Of a stretch of DNA of 64,000 nucleotides, positions 1-13,500 are shown in pieces. A program made the position numbers and the translations under genes. The notes under the pieces are model-generated. The model did not search any database and was not told the DNA's origin. It saw nothing but the letters and a program-made list of their open reading frames with translations. How positions within the stretch are numbered: the stretch's first letter is position 1; each line of letters begins with the position of its first letter. The DNA lies in contig CM060733.1 of the NCBI GenBank assembly GCA_030704615.1, positions 20,646,001 through 20,710,000 on the forward strand. The letters are read 5' to 3'. The stretch is from Takakia lepidozioides (Eukaryota > Plantae > Bryophyta).

Positions 1-33
1 GAAACAGGTCCAGTTTTACCAAAACACTTAAAC

Positions 34-107
34 TGGCCCATGCAGGTTTCGAACCTGCGACCTTCGCGTTATTAGCACGACGCTCTAACCAACTGAGCTA
101 AAAGGCC
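34..107 (-). tRNA. trnI-AAT: tRNA-Ile, anticodon AAT
   Basis: Reverse complement GGCCTTTTAGCTCAGTTGGTTAGAGCGTCGTGCTAATAACGCGAAGGTCGCAGGTTCGAAACCTGCATGGGCCA folds as a cloverleaf. It has A box TAGCTCAGTTGG, B box GGTTCGAAACC and anticodon loop CT-AAT-AA. A TTTT Pol III terminator lies just downstream (21-24). Confidence 0.95.
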
Positions 108-744
108 TTTACAGCATCCGTGAAGCGTTTCTCAGACTTGTATGGACTAGGGCTCGCATTGCTCAGAACTACTAACTACGACTGTTGAGAACAATGTCCA
201 TATAGATGGATATATTCATGTCTTATGAAAAGATGAACATTTATAGGCTCTCTTGTAGAGAGAGACTAGGCATAATGTTGAAGTCAACGGAGAGAGTGTG
301 GTCAAAAGGACCTTACACAGTGTCAAACCTCCTTAAGCTGAGTCATGTTCCTCGGTTTTTGTTCTATGTATGTTTTTGCAAAAGCAAGAGAGCCAATTGC
401 AATTTGAGGCTTGTTTCATTTTATATTAATTTAACCAGTGTAATGATGTGGCTCTTTTCTTTTAAGAAAATAAAATGTATGAGATAGAGCAAAATATATT
501 GATGAGGGAAAAACAACCTCATATGACAGGCTATGGAGGCTAAGAAAGAAGACACTGCCGTGTAACGAGATATAACAGGAGAGGTCATTGGAAAAGATCT
601 ATCAAAAAGATCCATCAAAAGACAGAAAATGTGGCTCGTGTTAATACAACAAGTAGATTTGGATTATGAATGTTGTTTATATGTTATCTTTTTTTATTGA
701 TTGATTTAGATTTCAAATCGTTTGGATTTTGATAAGCTTTGTTG

Positions 745-1100
745 TTTTCTTTTTTTTCTTTTTTTTTTGGATAAAAAGGGGTTGTAGCCCTGATTATTTA
801 ATTATATTTTTGGTTGGCCAAAAGGCCATTACAATTTATTTGGGATTATTCGGGGAAAAAAATTAAAACCCCTAATTTCGCCATAAGGCACACACACCGT
901 GATTAGTGAAATTAGAACCCGTACCCTCATTGAGGAAAATTTGAGCCAAAGCGGCCCCGAACTTGGCCCCTCGAAGCGGGAAGTGTTAACCATGGTAACC
1001 AGAAACGAGAACCCTAGGATCTATGTTACAACCCCGGAGGAAGAAGCAGAAACCAGAAGTCCACATATGAATGCAGAGAGTAATGGCACCAGAGTGAGTT
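745..1100 (-). mobile_element. Possible 3' end of a non-LTR retroposon
   Basis: Poly-T run at ~745-768 (poly-A tail on -). The motif GGGGAAAAAAATTAAAACCC resembles GGGGAAAAATTAACCCCC in the SINEs at 8.7 and 33.8 kb. Confidence 0.3.
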
Positions 1101-1699
1101 AGTGCACTTCCTAGGGATTTTGTTTTTTATTTAAGGCATACTTGTTCTGGCGTTCATCATTTATTTTGACTTTATTTAAATCATATTTTATTATCTGAAG
1201 TTAAACACATGCCCTAATTTTTTTTTGTTTATGGTGGACATTAGCATTTTGATACAATTGATAACGACCATATCTCCGAAGATACATTCTTGGAAAAAAA
1301 AATAGTTGTCTACATAAAGATAAAATAACATGCACGAAGCAAAGAAATCGGAGCAACCTATCATCAAGATCTGTACCATCCACAGCTTTATATTTTAAGG
1401 GGCCTTGAGAATATATCAAACCAGAAAGCAACCTCTCATAAGCATGCAAATATCAATATGAGAACCCCCAAACGAAGGAAAAAAACAGGAGGGAACAGTA
1501 AGCTTACATTAAAAGATAGTTGGATTGTTCTGCTTCTCCGAACTATAAAGGGCAGTAAGCCGACCTAGATTTCTTTGTTTAAACATTCAGATCAATAACT
1601 CCCTGATATTATCTCCCTCTGAAGTCTACCGGAAGGACTATTAAAGGACATTGAGAACATTGAGGATTATCTAGCTGGACGAAGGGCCACAGGTTTTGG

Positions 1700-2631
1700 G
1701 CGGCTAAACCTTAATATCTTTCTAGCCAATAATAGCAAATAGTTTTGCTTCATGAACATAATCATTTGATAGATTCAATTCATTTGTCGAAAGATCTATC
1801 GAGTAGACAACTTCCTCGAGATATGCTTTTATTCACCTTTGATGTAGAGTCATTGTACCTAGCATTCCTATTGGGGACGGGCTTCGACGATTGAAGGACA
1901 TGATTACTGGCAAGCTCAAATCTCTTTCTTTGTAGCTTAGAAAGAGAGTTGGCTTGCGCAGCAATCAGAGGTATTTGGCCTTTATACTACAAGAGATACA
2001 TCAATGATGGATTTGGAATCTGGGAAGGATCTTGGGCAAGTTTGGATACTTGGCTCGACAATTTGCATTCAAAAAGTGATCTCTGAGTCTACTAGTGTTG
2101 ACATTCTTGATATTCAGTTCTTCAAGGGAGCTGATTTTGTCAATGGTGGGATCCTATTTTGGAGATGTCATTAGAAGGCACTCAACAGATACCAGTACGT
2201 ACTTGCCATGGACATCGTGTCATCCGTGCCACCAAAAACGAGCATTCATCATTGGTGAGCTACACCAATACACTTTGAGAGAGAGCACATGTGCAAATTT
2301 TAGAGATCAGACGGCTGTTCTATGAGCGACTCCGTGCTCGAGGCTATCCAAAGTCTTTTATCTTAGAGTGTTTTAGACTGTGAATATGCACAATGTGCTA
2401 CACTGTTGGCTTCAAAATCCAATCGTAAGTTGATGGGTAAGTGACCCCATTGGTTCTGAAACTTGAGCATTCTCAATGTACTCAAGCTCTAAACCTTGGG
2501 GGAGTCCTAAACCTAAACTACATGAACATCTTCTGAAAGTTCCGCAATTAATATCTTTTGACAAACCTATGGTTTGTTGGAAAAAAACAAAGAATTTACG
2601 TTCATATTTAGATCGTGCTAAGTTCCAATAG
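1700..2631 (+). mobile_element. Degenerate Penelope-like element (PLE) reverse transcriptase, 5'-truncated, no C-terminal GIY-YIG
   Basis: Across frameshifts: LIDSIHLSKDLSSRQLPRDMLLFTFDVESLY/SIP, ASSNLFLCSLERE, YKRYINDGFGIWEG (YIDD-type motif), VDILDIQFFKG, YLPWTSCHPCHQKRAFIIGEL, RLRARGYP, then VCWKKTKNLRSYLDRAKFQ*. This is the PLE RT motif order. Confidence 0.8.
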
Positions 2632-3171
2632 AGTCAATTATATTTTGGAGGTATTCTTGGCTTATGGGCATAAATTAAGATAAGCTGAAGAAAAAGGTTT
2701 TTTTAGAAAAAGTTTTTATTTTATTTTATTTTACATAAAGACTTTTAGAAAAAAAGATTTTTTCGATTAAAATATACTTTTTAGTTATCTTTTAATCTTA
2801 TGCTCTTTTTGAGAGAACACTTATTCAGCAGTATATAAGCTTTGGGTGAGACTCATTGTACTTCCCCCCATTTCTTTCTCCGGTGCATAACCGGCCTCCC
2901 CAATTTTTTTTTTTGCACTGTGCTACAACTGCACCCGGTTCATTCGCAGTTCAAATTTGTTGGATTGCTACATCTATATATTTCCAATATATCGTTTGTA
3001 AACCCTATACCCTAAAGGATTATTAAACTTTTAACAATGTATACCATTTAATAATTTGGCATTAGCTGACATCCTAAAGACGTTAACCACCAACACCATT
3101 TCTTTCAATCGTTATTCAGGTACTTCAATTGCATATCCATCCCTCCATTGCCCAACTTATGATTGTGCTCC

Positions 3172-4772
3172 TTATCAAGAAACATATGTCCGTTTTGTTT
3201 ATCTTCTCCATCTAAGTCATCTTTTTTTGCAAGGTCTTACACAAAAGTTTCTTTTAAATGTTTATTAGTTAGTGATGTACCGGTCAACTACAAGTGAAAT
3301 CCTAACTGTTGTTTTTTATGCTTTGTCTCAAAATCTCTTCGTAAAGATGTAAATTATGTAGTTACTAGAGGATCAGATATTGGTGTGGTTGCGTTAGTCA
3401 GGAAACTAGGACTATTAAGCGATATTCATGTAATACATAATAATGTTCTTAAAGATAAAAATGTGTAAAGAATATGTGGAACACTTACATCTCAAAAAGC
3501 ATATTTGACCACTACGTCATCTATTGAAAATGTTATATGGTGTGAAGATTTTTATATGAAGGAGTTCGAAGATTTTGGAGAAAATGAGATACATTTAATA
3601 GACTTACGAAATATATTGGAAGCGACAAATGCTCGTGTTTTACGATCTGAAATACACTTTTGTTTTTTTTTAACACCTTACAGAAGACAAAGTTGATCAA
3701 ATATAAGACGAACGTCTGATGAGTCGAAAAATCATGGGTACACATGTTCTACTAATATAGATGGAAGCACGGATAGGTATACAAGTATCGAATTTCAAGC
3801 ATAGAAAAAGTGTCATTTCGTGATTTAGGCGATACAATTGTAAATAATATTTGGAGATGAGTTCAAAAGAAATATCCGTTGTTTATTCCCAAATTGTTGT
3901 TTAGTAAAGCAATCCTAAATCTGAAATTGGAGTACGGATTGAATTTGAGCCTCAAACAATCTGGGAATAAACAACGGATGTTTCTTTTGAATTCTTCTTC
4001 AAATATTACTTATAATTGTATCGCTTACATCACGAAATGATACTTGAGTCTTTTGAACTTGAAATTCGACAACTTGTATACTTATTTGTGTTTCCATCTA
4101 TATTAACAGAACATGTGTACCCATTGTATTTGATCCACTCCTCTGTAAGGTGCTAAGAAAAAATAAGAATGCATTTCAGATCATAAAACATGAGCATTTG
4201 TCGCTTCCAACATGTTTTAGAAGTACATTAAATGTACCTCATTTTCTCCAAAATCTTCGAACTCATTTACATGAGAATCTTCACACCATATAGCATTTCC
4301 ACTGAAACGCAACAATAAATAATGTGGTGGCCGTCAGATATGCTTTTGAGATGGAAACCTTTCACGTATCCTTTGTCTCAATATGTAACCAATATGGATG
4401 AACACCTTTACCATCAGTATGTACTACATGTATCTCTATACAGCTCGGTAGGCCTAGTTTCCTGACTAACCCAACCACATCAATAGATCCATTAGTGATT
4501 ATACATTTCACTACCCCAGCTTCCCGCACACACACTCTTCATCTGTCCCTCGAGTGTGCATCATGAGCTTATCACGACTTGTCTCTTTAATTTACATCTT
4601 TATGAAGAGATTTCTGAGATAAAGCGTAAGAGACAACATTTTCAGAATTCACTTGTAGAGTTGAAAGGTACATCACTAATTAATAAACATCGTAAAAAAA
4701 CCTCCTATGTATGACTCAAAGACAGATGATCACGGAGAAGGTAAAACAAAACAGACATCTATTTCTTGATAA
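3172..4772. repeat. Long imperfect inverted repeat (arms ~3172-3900 and ~3955-4772, loop ~55 nt)
   Basis: 3810-3900 TGTCATTTCGTGATTTAGGCGATACAATTG...CCGTTGTTTATTCCCAAATTG matches the reverse complement of 3955-4045. 3268-3358 matches the rc of 4590-4680. 3172-3220 matches the rc of 4725-4772. Confidence 0.9.
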
Positions 4773-4969
4773 AAAAAACACATCTATCACATAAATTATG
4801 ACTTTTATTTCTCCATAACAATATACGTTCTAAAGGTACATTCCCTTCTGAATTGTTTTGGAAAACCTCGCTGATGGTACTATCACTTAATATTTTTTGA
4901 CAATGTATAATATTTAATATGCAATGTTTCTCATGACACTTTGGAATGAAGACGACATGACATTTTATC

Positions 4970-5800
4970 AGGCTGCAGGGATGAAGGGGTCCTCAGATAA
5001 CAAGGCCATGTGGTTGAGATCTACATCTGTAGAGCAATTTTATCAATGTCAGATTATTTCTCTTCAGGAATTTGGGAAGGGGGGGATTGTTTGTGGATCA
5101 ACAAGTGTTGAATCTCTTCTGACTAGCCAAGACAGAATCCTCAAAATTAAGTACAGTCACTTGTCACAATTCAAAACCAATAAAGGTTGCAATTGGGCTT
5201 CAAGAGTTGGACCAGTTCAAGAATATGGAGGAGTTTTCCTGGTTATTTCATCAAATTTTTCAAATTGGAGTTTCAGATAGACAACTCAATTCCAGCAGGG
5301 CAAACAAACATCATTTTCAACTACTTTCACTATTTGGAAGTGAACAACCTTCAATTACATCTGAATAGATTCTTTGAACATGCAATTTTTTTTGCTTTTA
5401 TCAACTCTGGATATCAGTGATGTATATATGAAAGGAGGTTCCTCTTGAGGTATTGGGCTGTTAGAACAATATTGATGTGGAGTATACTCTCAGGTCTCTA
5501 GTGGCTCTTCAAGAGATTTTGTTATGCAGCATTTTGGGAGCTCATAACTGACTCAGTCAATGCCGTAGTCAAGCATTCGGTTCCAAGCTTCTCAAGACTT
5601 GGTTAAGAAAGCAGGAATCACATTTGGATGTCAACGAGATTAGTGGCATGGAGGATGCACGCTTCTGGAAAGACCAATATGATTTATGGAATGACTTCTA
5701 AGGTTTTAATCCAAAATTACTGACCGTTGCAGATGTTATGGAGATCCTTCAAATGCGATAGACATCGTTCTATGACGGTAGAGATGGCTCTTGTGCAAGG
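4970..5800 (+). mobile_element. Degenerate L1-type LINE fragment (region C-terminal to RT)
   Basis: Remnant motifs EFGKGG (cf. K..GGLG) and DARFWKD (cf. G....FW.D.W); many stops. Confidence 0.4.
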
Positions 5801-6449
5801 ACGTTAATGGGATCAAGTTACCTTTTGGCCCTTTGGCCCTTAATGCGAAATGCATAGGTCTTAATATTGTGCATTCATGTGGGACCCATTTAATAAAGTT
5901 TAGCATGTACGCCCATAGATACAGATCAGATGATCTATGAAAGTGTGATGTAATTGGTCAATTGTGTGCTCATGGGTATAACTTTTATTACCCTACGTAC
6001 AATTGGACGATAAGAAATTTGTCGTGTACCTAAGCATCATGCCACAATATACTTCGTTGTATAACCACACTTCGTCATATACAATCTGAGGGTTGTAATA
6101 TTGTTGCATATTGCTATATGTGAGCATGTTAATAATGTCACAACCATCCTCGTGTGTAATAAATACTTGAGATGGTGAAACCGTCACTTGATGAGGTTTT
6201 ACTAGGGAATAGTTGTGTCCACGAAGGCTTGCCCATAAGTAAGGTAGTTACACCCAAATGTGAGCAGCTCAGGCATAACATTTTTATGTACTGCCACTTT
6301 GATAATATATATCAATTAGCCACTTGGGCCAAAATTCAGGCAATTGATACCACAAGCTGTTTGTTCAGTTGCTCATCTGCTCATATAATTTTTTCCCTAC
6401 TGCACCGATGGCCTTGGGCACATCCGCTTAAACACTCACATTTAGTAAG

Positions 6450-7011
6450 TGTCACGGACATAGCCTAGAGGAACTTACTAGGAGTAAATACTAGAAGTTA
6501 CCAAGTTACCATGTTACTGAAAGTTATCGTGATCTACCATAATTTACCATAAGTTACCATAAGTTACCAAGTTAATGGGAATTTACCAAATTACTGAGAG
6601 TAACTTGGAAAACTCCTCAGGAAGCTTCTTTTGGATGAAACTTCTCCATCAAGATACCTCCTTTGTTTAAGGAAACTTCTCCATCAAGAAACCTCATTTG
6701 AGGAAGCCTATTAGAGAACCTCCTAGTAGCTATATATAGGAGGCGAGACTGAACACTCTTCAGTCTCGCCAACACCAGTTCAAGCTACTCTTGTTTCCAG
6801 TTCCCAGTACTCTAGCCCAGTTTCCAGTATCTGGTACTTCAGTCCAGTTTCCAGCATTCCAGTATTCAAGTCGTGTTCCAATATCATAAAGATCGTCTTA
6901 ATTCCCATTTACTCATCATGCATTCGGCCACGCCGACCTTGACTTCTTGTCTAGTCTTGTACCTCTAGTCTGATCTCTTGTTTGTGTTCAGTCATGCTCT
7001 CGTCCTTGACA
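6450..7011 (+). mobile_element. Solo LTR, copy 1
   Basis: TGTCA...TGACA termini, flanks GTAAG/GTAGG (4/5 match of a 5-bp TSD), internal TATA-like CTATATATAG at ~6730. Second copy inverted at 48202-48833. Confidence 0.85.
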
Positions 7012-8669
7012 GTAGGCATGACTACGGTGAGGCTAACAAAGAACCTAATATGGTTTAATTAATATGAGTTCAATGTCATGGATACTCAAATAAAGATCAT
7101 GGATTGCATGAAGACGCCTAACGACTTTGCGCATGATTTCTTTAGACTTCAGAAATTGGGATTGGTGCGGTTGAAGACTAAGTGAAGATCCAATTGAGAT
7201 TAATACTTATTAGCTATCCAGTGTTAAAGAGACCTAATCATCAACTAGGGGAAGATTGTGACATAACATTCTACGATTAGTGTGCTATGAGGTATAGTTA
7301 GATAATAATGTATATTGTAACACGATGCTTATGTGCACGATAGATGAGGCAGGGTCATATAAATGTCCATATAATAGGTGACACATCTGAATCATGGGTC
7401 CACGATGACAAAATCAGGCTTTAACTATCGACGTATTTTGACAGATATATTAATTTTATTCGTTTTATTGGTTTTTATCATCGTAACTCTTTTGTCCGTA
7501 ATTATCTATCAATAATTGCAGAAGATGGTGTGGGCTGAACCATCATTAATGACATCTGTAGCTAATCCATTTTTCAAGTCGAAATCTGATAAATTTTCGC
7601 TAGAAGAAAAAACAAAAAACACTACAATTCATACTGGAGTTCTATTATAGAATAATAGAGCTAATTTCTTACATGAATATTGCCTATTAGCCTACAAGAG
7701 CTACTTTGCTTTTATTGAGTTGTAGTGGTTGGCCTCTTGGCATACCTTGATATACTGAAATTCCTTGATTATAGATTCAACCTTGGGCATTTTCCTCGTC
7801 ACAAGACAATGGATGCGAACATCTGCTGTTTGGTGTATGATTTCTACTCCCCTTGGTAACGACTTTCGTTTGGAAATTCAGCTCTCACTTTGCTCAATGC
7901 ACTCAATGGGATTATGAGTCTTCCTGCCTGGTCTCGGCTTATTTGCGGATTCTTTTTTTGTGGCAGAATTGGAAATCTCCATGCGCATTTAATATTTTTG
8001 GAGGATCTAGCCCCTACTATTATGTTCAAATTTCCTAAGGATCTGATGACTGAGGGGAAGAAAGCATGAGGTGTTTTTTGCAGATCTTTGCAGATGCTCA
8101 GAGACAATGAGGCAAAAAGTTCTTTAAGAATTTGATATCTCCTAGGGAAATGGCAACATCCTCTGCACCAGGATGTCTGACTCGGGCATTTTTAGGCACG
8201 AGTCTCTCTCCCATCTCGTGGGAGCCTGCTCAGTGACTTGGAAGATAGAGAAGTCAAATGGAGACACCACAAAGTGCGTTAGTTCAGAAGCAAGGCCCAA
8301 TTAGATTTTGAGGCCTAAGTGCTCTTTGGTTAAGTCTGTCCACTGTCATGCTTCCCCCCTCTGGAATGGTTTCTTTTCCACTTTAGTCTCTCTTGGTTAT
8401 ATTAACAAGCGACTAGTCGCGTATGGCTCATCTTTGTGAACAGCAAAATCTACTTTCATCCATAATAAACTTAAGAATTCATCCATGTATTCTTCATAAA
8501 TTGTTCACTAAGAGAGATGATATTTGAGGGAGGTACTACCTTGAGAAGCTGAGAGGAGGTGACACTTGGGGAAGGCACAATAGGGATTTGGCGATTTTTG
8601 ACACTGATGCGTGCTCTCCTCTTTCAGAGGGCCCAATAAAATTAATATTTTACTAATTCATCAGTCCTA

Positions 8670-8905
8670 AATTATTATTATTATTATTATTTTTTAAAGG
8701 AAACTTGGGAGCGACAGCCCACAATTCAGGCCCTTGAGGAGGGGGAAAAATTAACCCCCTTTCATTTATGGGCCATGAGACCTACAGGACGATCAACGCC
8801 CAGGCACACCGTCACCAACAATTCCACTCACGGGGCAGGGCAACGGGTTTGAACCCCGAACCACCATGGCGACGCACTTACCAGCTGAGCTACCACCCGA
8901 TGTGC
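8670..8905 (-). mobile_element. tRNA-derived SINE
   Basis: On -: A box TAGCTCAGCTGG, B box GGTTCAAACC, A/(AAT)n tail and approximate TSD CTAAA(A/T)TT. Homologous to 33773-34001. Confidence 0.75.
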
Positions 8906-9199
8906 TAAATTTGATTATTAACTAAACCGGTCAATGTCAAGCACATGTTTACTAAATTAAAATACTCAAAAGTTATTCTAAAATTTTATTATTTTATTAT
9001 TATTTTACTGAAAATTTAATTCTTATTTTATTGCTACATGCAACTAAACATTGGCTCATTATTCCACCTAAGCTTAGAAGTGGTGTCACATCCATATATC
9101 TTTACGTCTTTACCATATCTATTTGGAAGACATTAACTGTTCAACAAATTTCTCCAATCTCTAACTTTGAGAGGAATTATTTCATCTAACTACAATGAT

Positions 9200-9950
9200 T
9201 CGTTTGGTGATAGTAGCACTCTACCCCGGTTAGTGAGTCGGTTATCACCGCGGTTAGTAGGTATACATAACCGCATACATGGTGTTTTTATAAAACAGAG
9301 CAAATAGATAACCAAGAGGTGAGTATGTATATGTACCCTATATTAAGGTTAGCACTACACTCTATACCCGGATTAGTAAGGTGTTTTGACCACCCCTAGA
9401 ACGGTTAAGTATAGGACACGCCTCCTCACACAACGCTGCATTGATTGCCATGATTGCCTGCATGCCTCACTATTGACAACTTTTGCAAGAGGTGCGCTCA
9501 GTATGTATAACTTATTGCTATGTTAAATGTTAGCCAACTTCCCTCTTAGGCTTTCTTCTTTTCTTACTTTAGTCATTTTATTTGTCATTGTCTCATGTAC
9601 TTGGAGCATTCTCGCATTACCTATCTATTACTCATATTTATTAAAGGTTCTCATCTTCATTTGGATGTCATGTGGGAATTAATTATTTTTAACAAAAATC
9701 ATTGAGAAGTGCCCATTCAATATATTATATGTAACCGCCAATTGCATATATATCCGCCAATTTTAGGACACCTCTAACCGTCCTATTCATAACCGTCTAA
9801 ATTTGAAGAATTTTTGTAGAATAGATAACCGATGGATATACTAAAATAAATTTTTTATCCTTATACATAACCATGGAGTGTGTCCATCCAAAAATATTGA
9901 AGTAACCTTAACCGGCGGATATGTAAAATTCTTATAACCGACCAACTATG
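9200..9950. mobile_element. Non-autonomous hAT (MITE), decayed copy
   Basis: Colinear direct repeat of 49864-50627. Right end TATAACCGACCAAC is partly kept and the left TIR is eroded. Confidence 0.8.
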
Positions 9951-10510
9951 GTAACAACCATTGACATTGAAAATTCTCATGGATCCATGTATTAGGGTGA
10001 GACAATGAAAATGACATCATCTACACAAAATCATCCATTTGTATCGCCTTATCTATGTGCCCAGTTTCATGTTCTAGCTTGGGTGATCAACAAATTCGAA
10101 CCCCAGACTTGGTGGCGTAGACTCAGGTCCCCAGTCCGAGAATCACAATATACCTCAACTATTTGTTGGAGGAAGAGTTGGTGAGGGCCTCACCGAAGAA
10201 TCCGCTGGCCTTGGTCTCTACATCATTCAAATTCCTTCTCTTTAGAGATTTCCAGGGATGTGCGAGTGGAGATTGCAATGGGTGCCAAGTTACATAACAT
10301 GCCCGCAACAGGATCTACTCCTCTGCTTTCATCATTTGTTAACAAATTCTCCAGGCCGGGCATTTCAGTCACTGTTTTGCATGTATATCATCATTGTTTC
10401 CCTTTCCTTTTTCCTTGGCGACTTGGGGGTCGTGGAGGTTATGTCAATCAGTTTCTCTTTCTGCTGCTGTGGGAGAGCTTACCGGCAAGACGGAGAGAGA
10501 AACACAGAAT

Positions 10511-13500
10511 ATGATGTCTTCGTACATTTTGGGTTTCTTGCCATTTTGGGTATGTATGTATGTGAGAGTATTTGTCTGTCATTCCCTGGGTTAGCAGTCT
10601 TGGTAGAGTGTTGCTATCATAGAATCGCAGAGGCGTCGTTGATGACGTAACCCATCAGGTATAATTCTCTTAGACTCCAAGGGTGGCCTATGGGATGTCG
10701 TGTGAATGATCCGAACGGGGTCTACTCTTCATCATGTGTGTTGTCACTTGATTCTAAACGACTTTTTGTATTGGGCAGGGCTGTCAGGCCGGGACGATGA
10801 TGGAAAAGAGCTCAAGGCCTTCGCAAGGCTCTCGAAGAAATTTTTTTGTGGCTTGTTGCCATGAGAATGAAGCAGCTTCTGGAGAAAAGAACAGGCAGGG
10901 GAACCGTGTAAGTTCAAGATGCAAAATCCAAGGTCCTATGCGTCTGCTTGGAACATGAACATCGTCTGCCCATTTGGGTGTTTGAATCTTGAGGATTTGT
11001 ACCAGACCTGTAAGCTCTCCAATTTAGAAAATGTACAACCTTTTGAATCTCAAATATGGCATATAGGCGTTGACAAAACAAAACTATGCTGCACTGCGCA
11101 GCTGGTCATCAATCTCTCTCAGAACTCCCTCCTCCTGGTCTGGCTGGACTCTTTGCAGAAAATGGTGGAAAATTTTGTGTTTAGAGTCCACTTCACAGCA
11201 TTAATGGAACTTCCAAAACCACATGTGGTTGATGTAATCTTGGAACTGATGGTGTGTGTGGACCTGTTGGTGTAGAGCAATGGGGGAAGAAGGCATTGGA
11301 GGGCATGGGAGAGTGCAGCAGCGGGGGCCATGTTGGGAGCAACCATATGCACTTCCTGTCTTTCATTGCCTGCACTTGCAGATTTCCTCGTATGCCCAGC
11401 ACCATTTTCAATCAAACTATTGCACAATAGCATTTTGCATGCAATATTGTGATGGCACCTTGTGGACTCCGATCAATAGTTCGGCAGTTTCAAGTGCTGT
11501 GGAGACTTTGCATGAACATGTATGCCTTTCCTGTTCTCTCTGAACTTGACTATGGTGTTCTCAAGTCGAGGGCAGAGTCCTCTGGCATATCAGACCTTCC
11601 GGAGCCAGACGTTGCATTTGAATATATCAAAGACCTGAAACTCAACCAGACACTTCCAAAGTGCTGGCTAAGAGCTGCTGTTGGTTGGACCACTGGGCAA
11701 GTTACAGTGGGGTTGAGTGTTGACTTGAAGGAGATTGAACTAGGAGCCATGATGTTTAAATAGCTGCAGCTGCTGTGGTCATTTTCCTCAGCCATAAGTC
11801 TGTGGTTGCTTTGCCACATTTAAGTGCACAGAGAGATGTTTTCATTAGATCTAGACAGACAGAGAGGCAGAAAACATACCCATGTACTTCTTGCGCTGGT
11901 CTTACGGCCCCACCTACTGTGCACAAATTTACTGTGAAGGGTGGTGTTTCTGAGGACGAAAGAGGATAGCAGCTATTTCAATATTGTACTGCCTTGCTAC
12001 TGCACAGATGCATTGGGCTTGTGGTTCGCTAACTGGATGATTAGGTTGCTGGAATCATAGAAAATGGTTTTCTTAACTGGTGAACAATTTGACCCAGAAA
12101 GATATAATTGTTCACTTTGGTGATGACCTTGCAAGAAACTTGTGTAACTCTCCAGAGCCAATGCTCTATTTGGGAGGTTTAGCTTCAGCCTAGGTGTTTA
12201 AGAAAAGAGATTCTATAACTTGCACAGGCAACACAAAGTGCTTATGGAACAAGAAAGCACTAGAAAACCAGTCTAAGGAAAGAGGACAGTAGATGCATCC
12301 TGATAAATCTTCGCTATTGAAATATTGATTCTTTCTGACTCAGAAGTGGGGTGGGAGTGCACTATGCAGAGCTATGATCATGCAGACATGCGTGGTGCTG
12401 ACCTTTCAGGCAAAGACCTACATGGTGCTGTCTTTGCAGGTATGCGATCATTGATCTTTTCTTCTCAATTCTACCACCTCCTTTACCATATTTATTTTTT
12501 GACATCTGTGAACTCCAACTGAAGTTGTTAATCATCGAAGGCCTCCAGTGGGTTTCTTGAAACAATGGGTCAGTGGCATGCTGTGCTACTATCAAAGAAC
12601 ACCCTCTATAAGTTGAAATCTCGACATGGAGTATTGAACATGAAAATGTTGGTCTATGCAGGACTTAAACCCAAACTTATGACTACACTGAGCACTGTGA
12701 TTGGGGAGAAATAGAGAGACGTGATCAATTCTCCGAGCACCATGTGGCTATGGAACTTTGCCTATAACTTGACCTGATGGACAAGATTTCCTAAATATTC
12801 TAGCCGGTTTGTGAGGTTTCCACCATCAGGGCATGAGAAGTAGCCTAAAATCCCTATAAGGCTTGCCCAAAGTGAACAGCTACTGTAGTAATGGTTTTCT
12901 AAGCCTCAACCTAAGAGGTGCAATTGTCATCAATATTAGAAAGCATAAGGTTGATACCAGTATTGCTAATGTGTGCCCTACAGGTTTGACACATGTGGCT
13001 CTGATTGCACCGCCAGTCACACTTAGTAGGAGGAGAAGAGAGAGAGAGAGAGTACTCGCAAGCATCATCAACGGACATAGCAAGGTCTGAGATGTGGGTT
13101 CAGCATGTGACTGCAGGCAGATCAAACTGAAGGGGTCAAACATGGATGGCACCACCGATACTTTTGCAGGCTTTCAGGGTGGGGACATGCAAGACACCAG
13201 CTGGTCTCTTTCTCACTCTCTTAGGATTGTCACACAAGATAAGGTCAAGTGGAATATTAGATCATGATTCAAAATGACAGTTCAACGTGCTTTGATTTTT
13301 TCCTGGGGTTATTCCTATTTCTTTTCTTGAAACCATTTCGTTCTTGATGGTGATAAGCACTCAATGATGAAATGGTAGCAAAACGGCTTTTGGCTCTCTT
13401 TTCTCAATATTCCAAAGCAGGCATATCCACTGGGAATTGTATGGTGCATTCCTATGTGCATATTAGTATACCCAGGCCCCTTCCAAACCCCCTGCCCACA

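Noticed and set aside
3705-3735. Hammerhead-like CTGATGAGTCGAAA near the Penelope relic
   Set aside because: Only 3 nt separate CTGATGA and GAAA, so there is no stem II, and no stems I/III with a cleavage triplet are visible.
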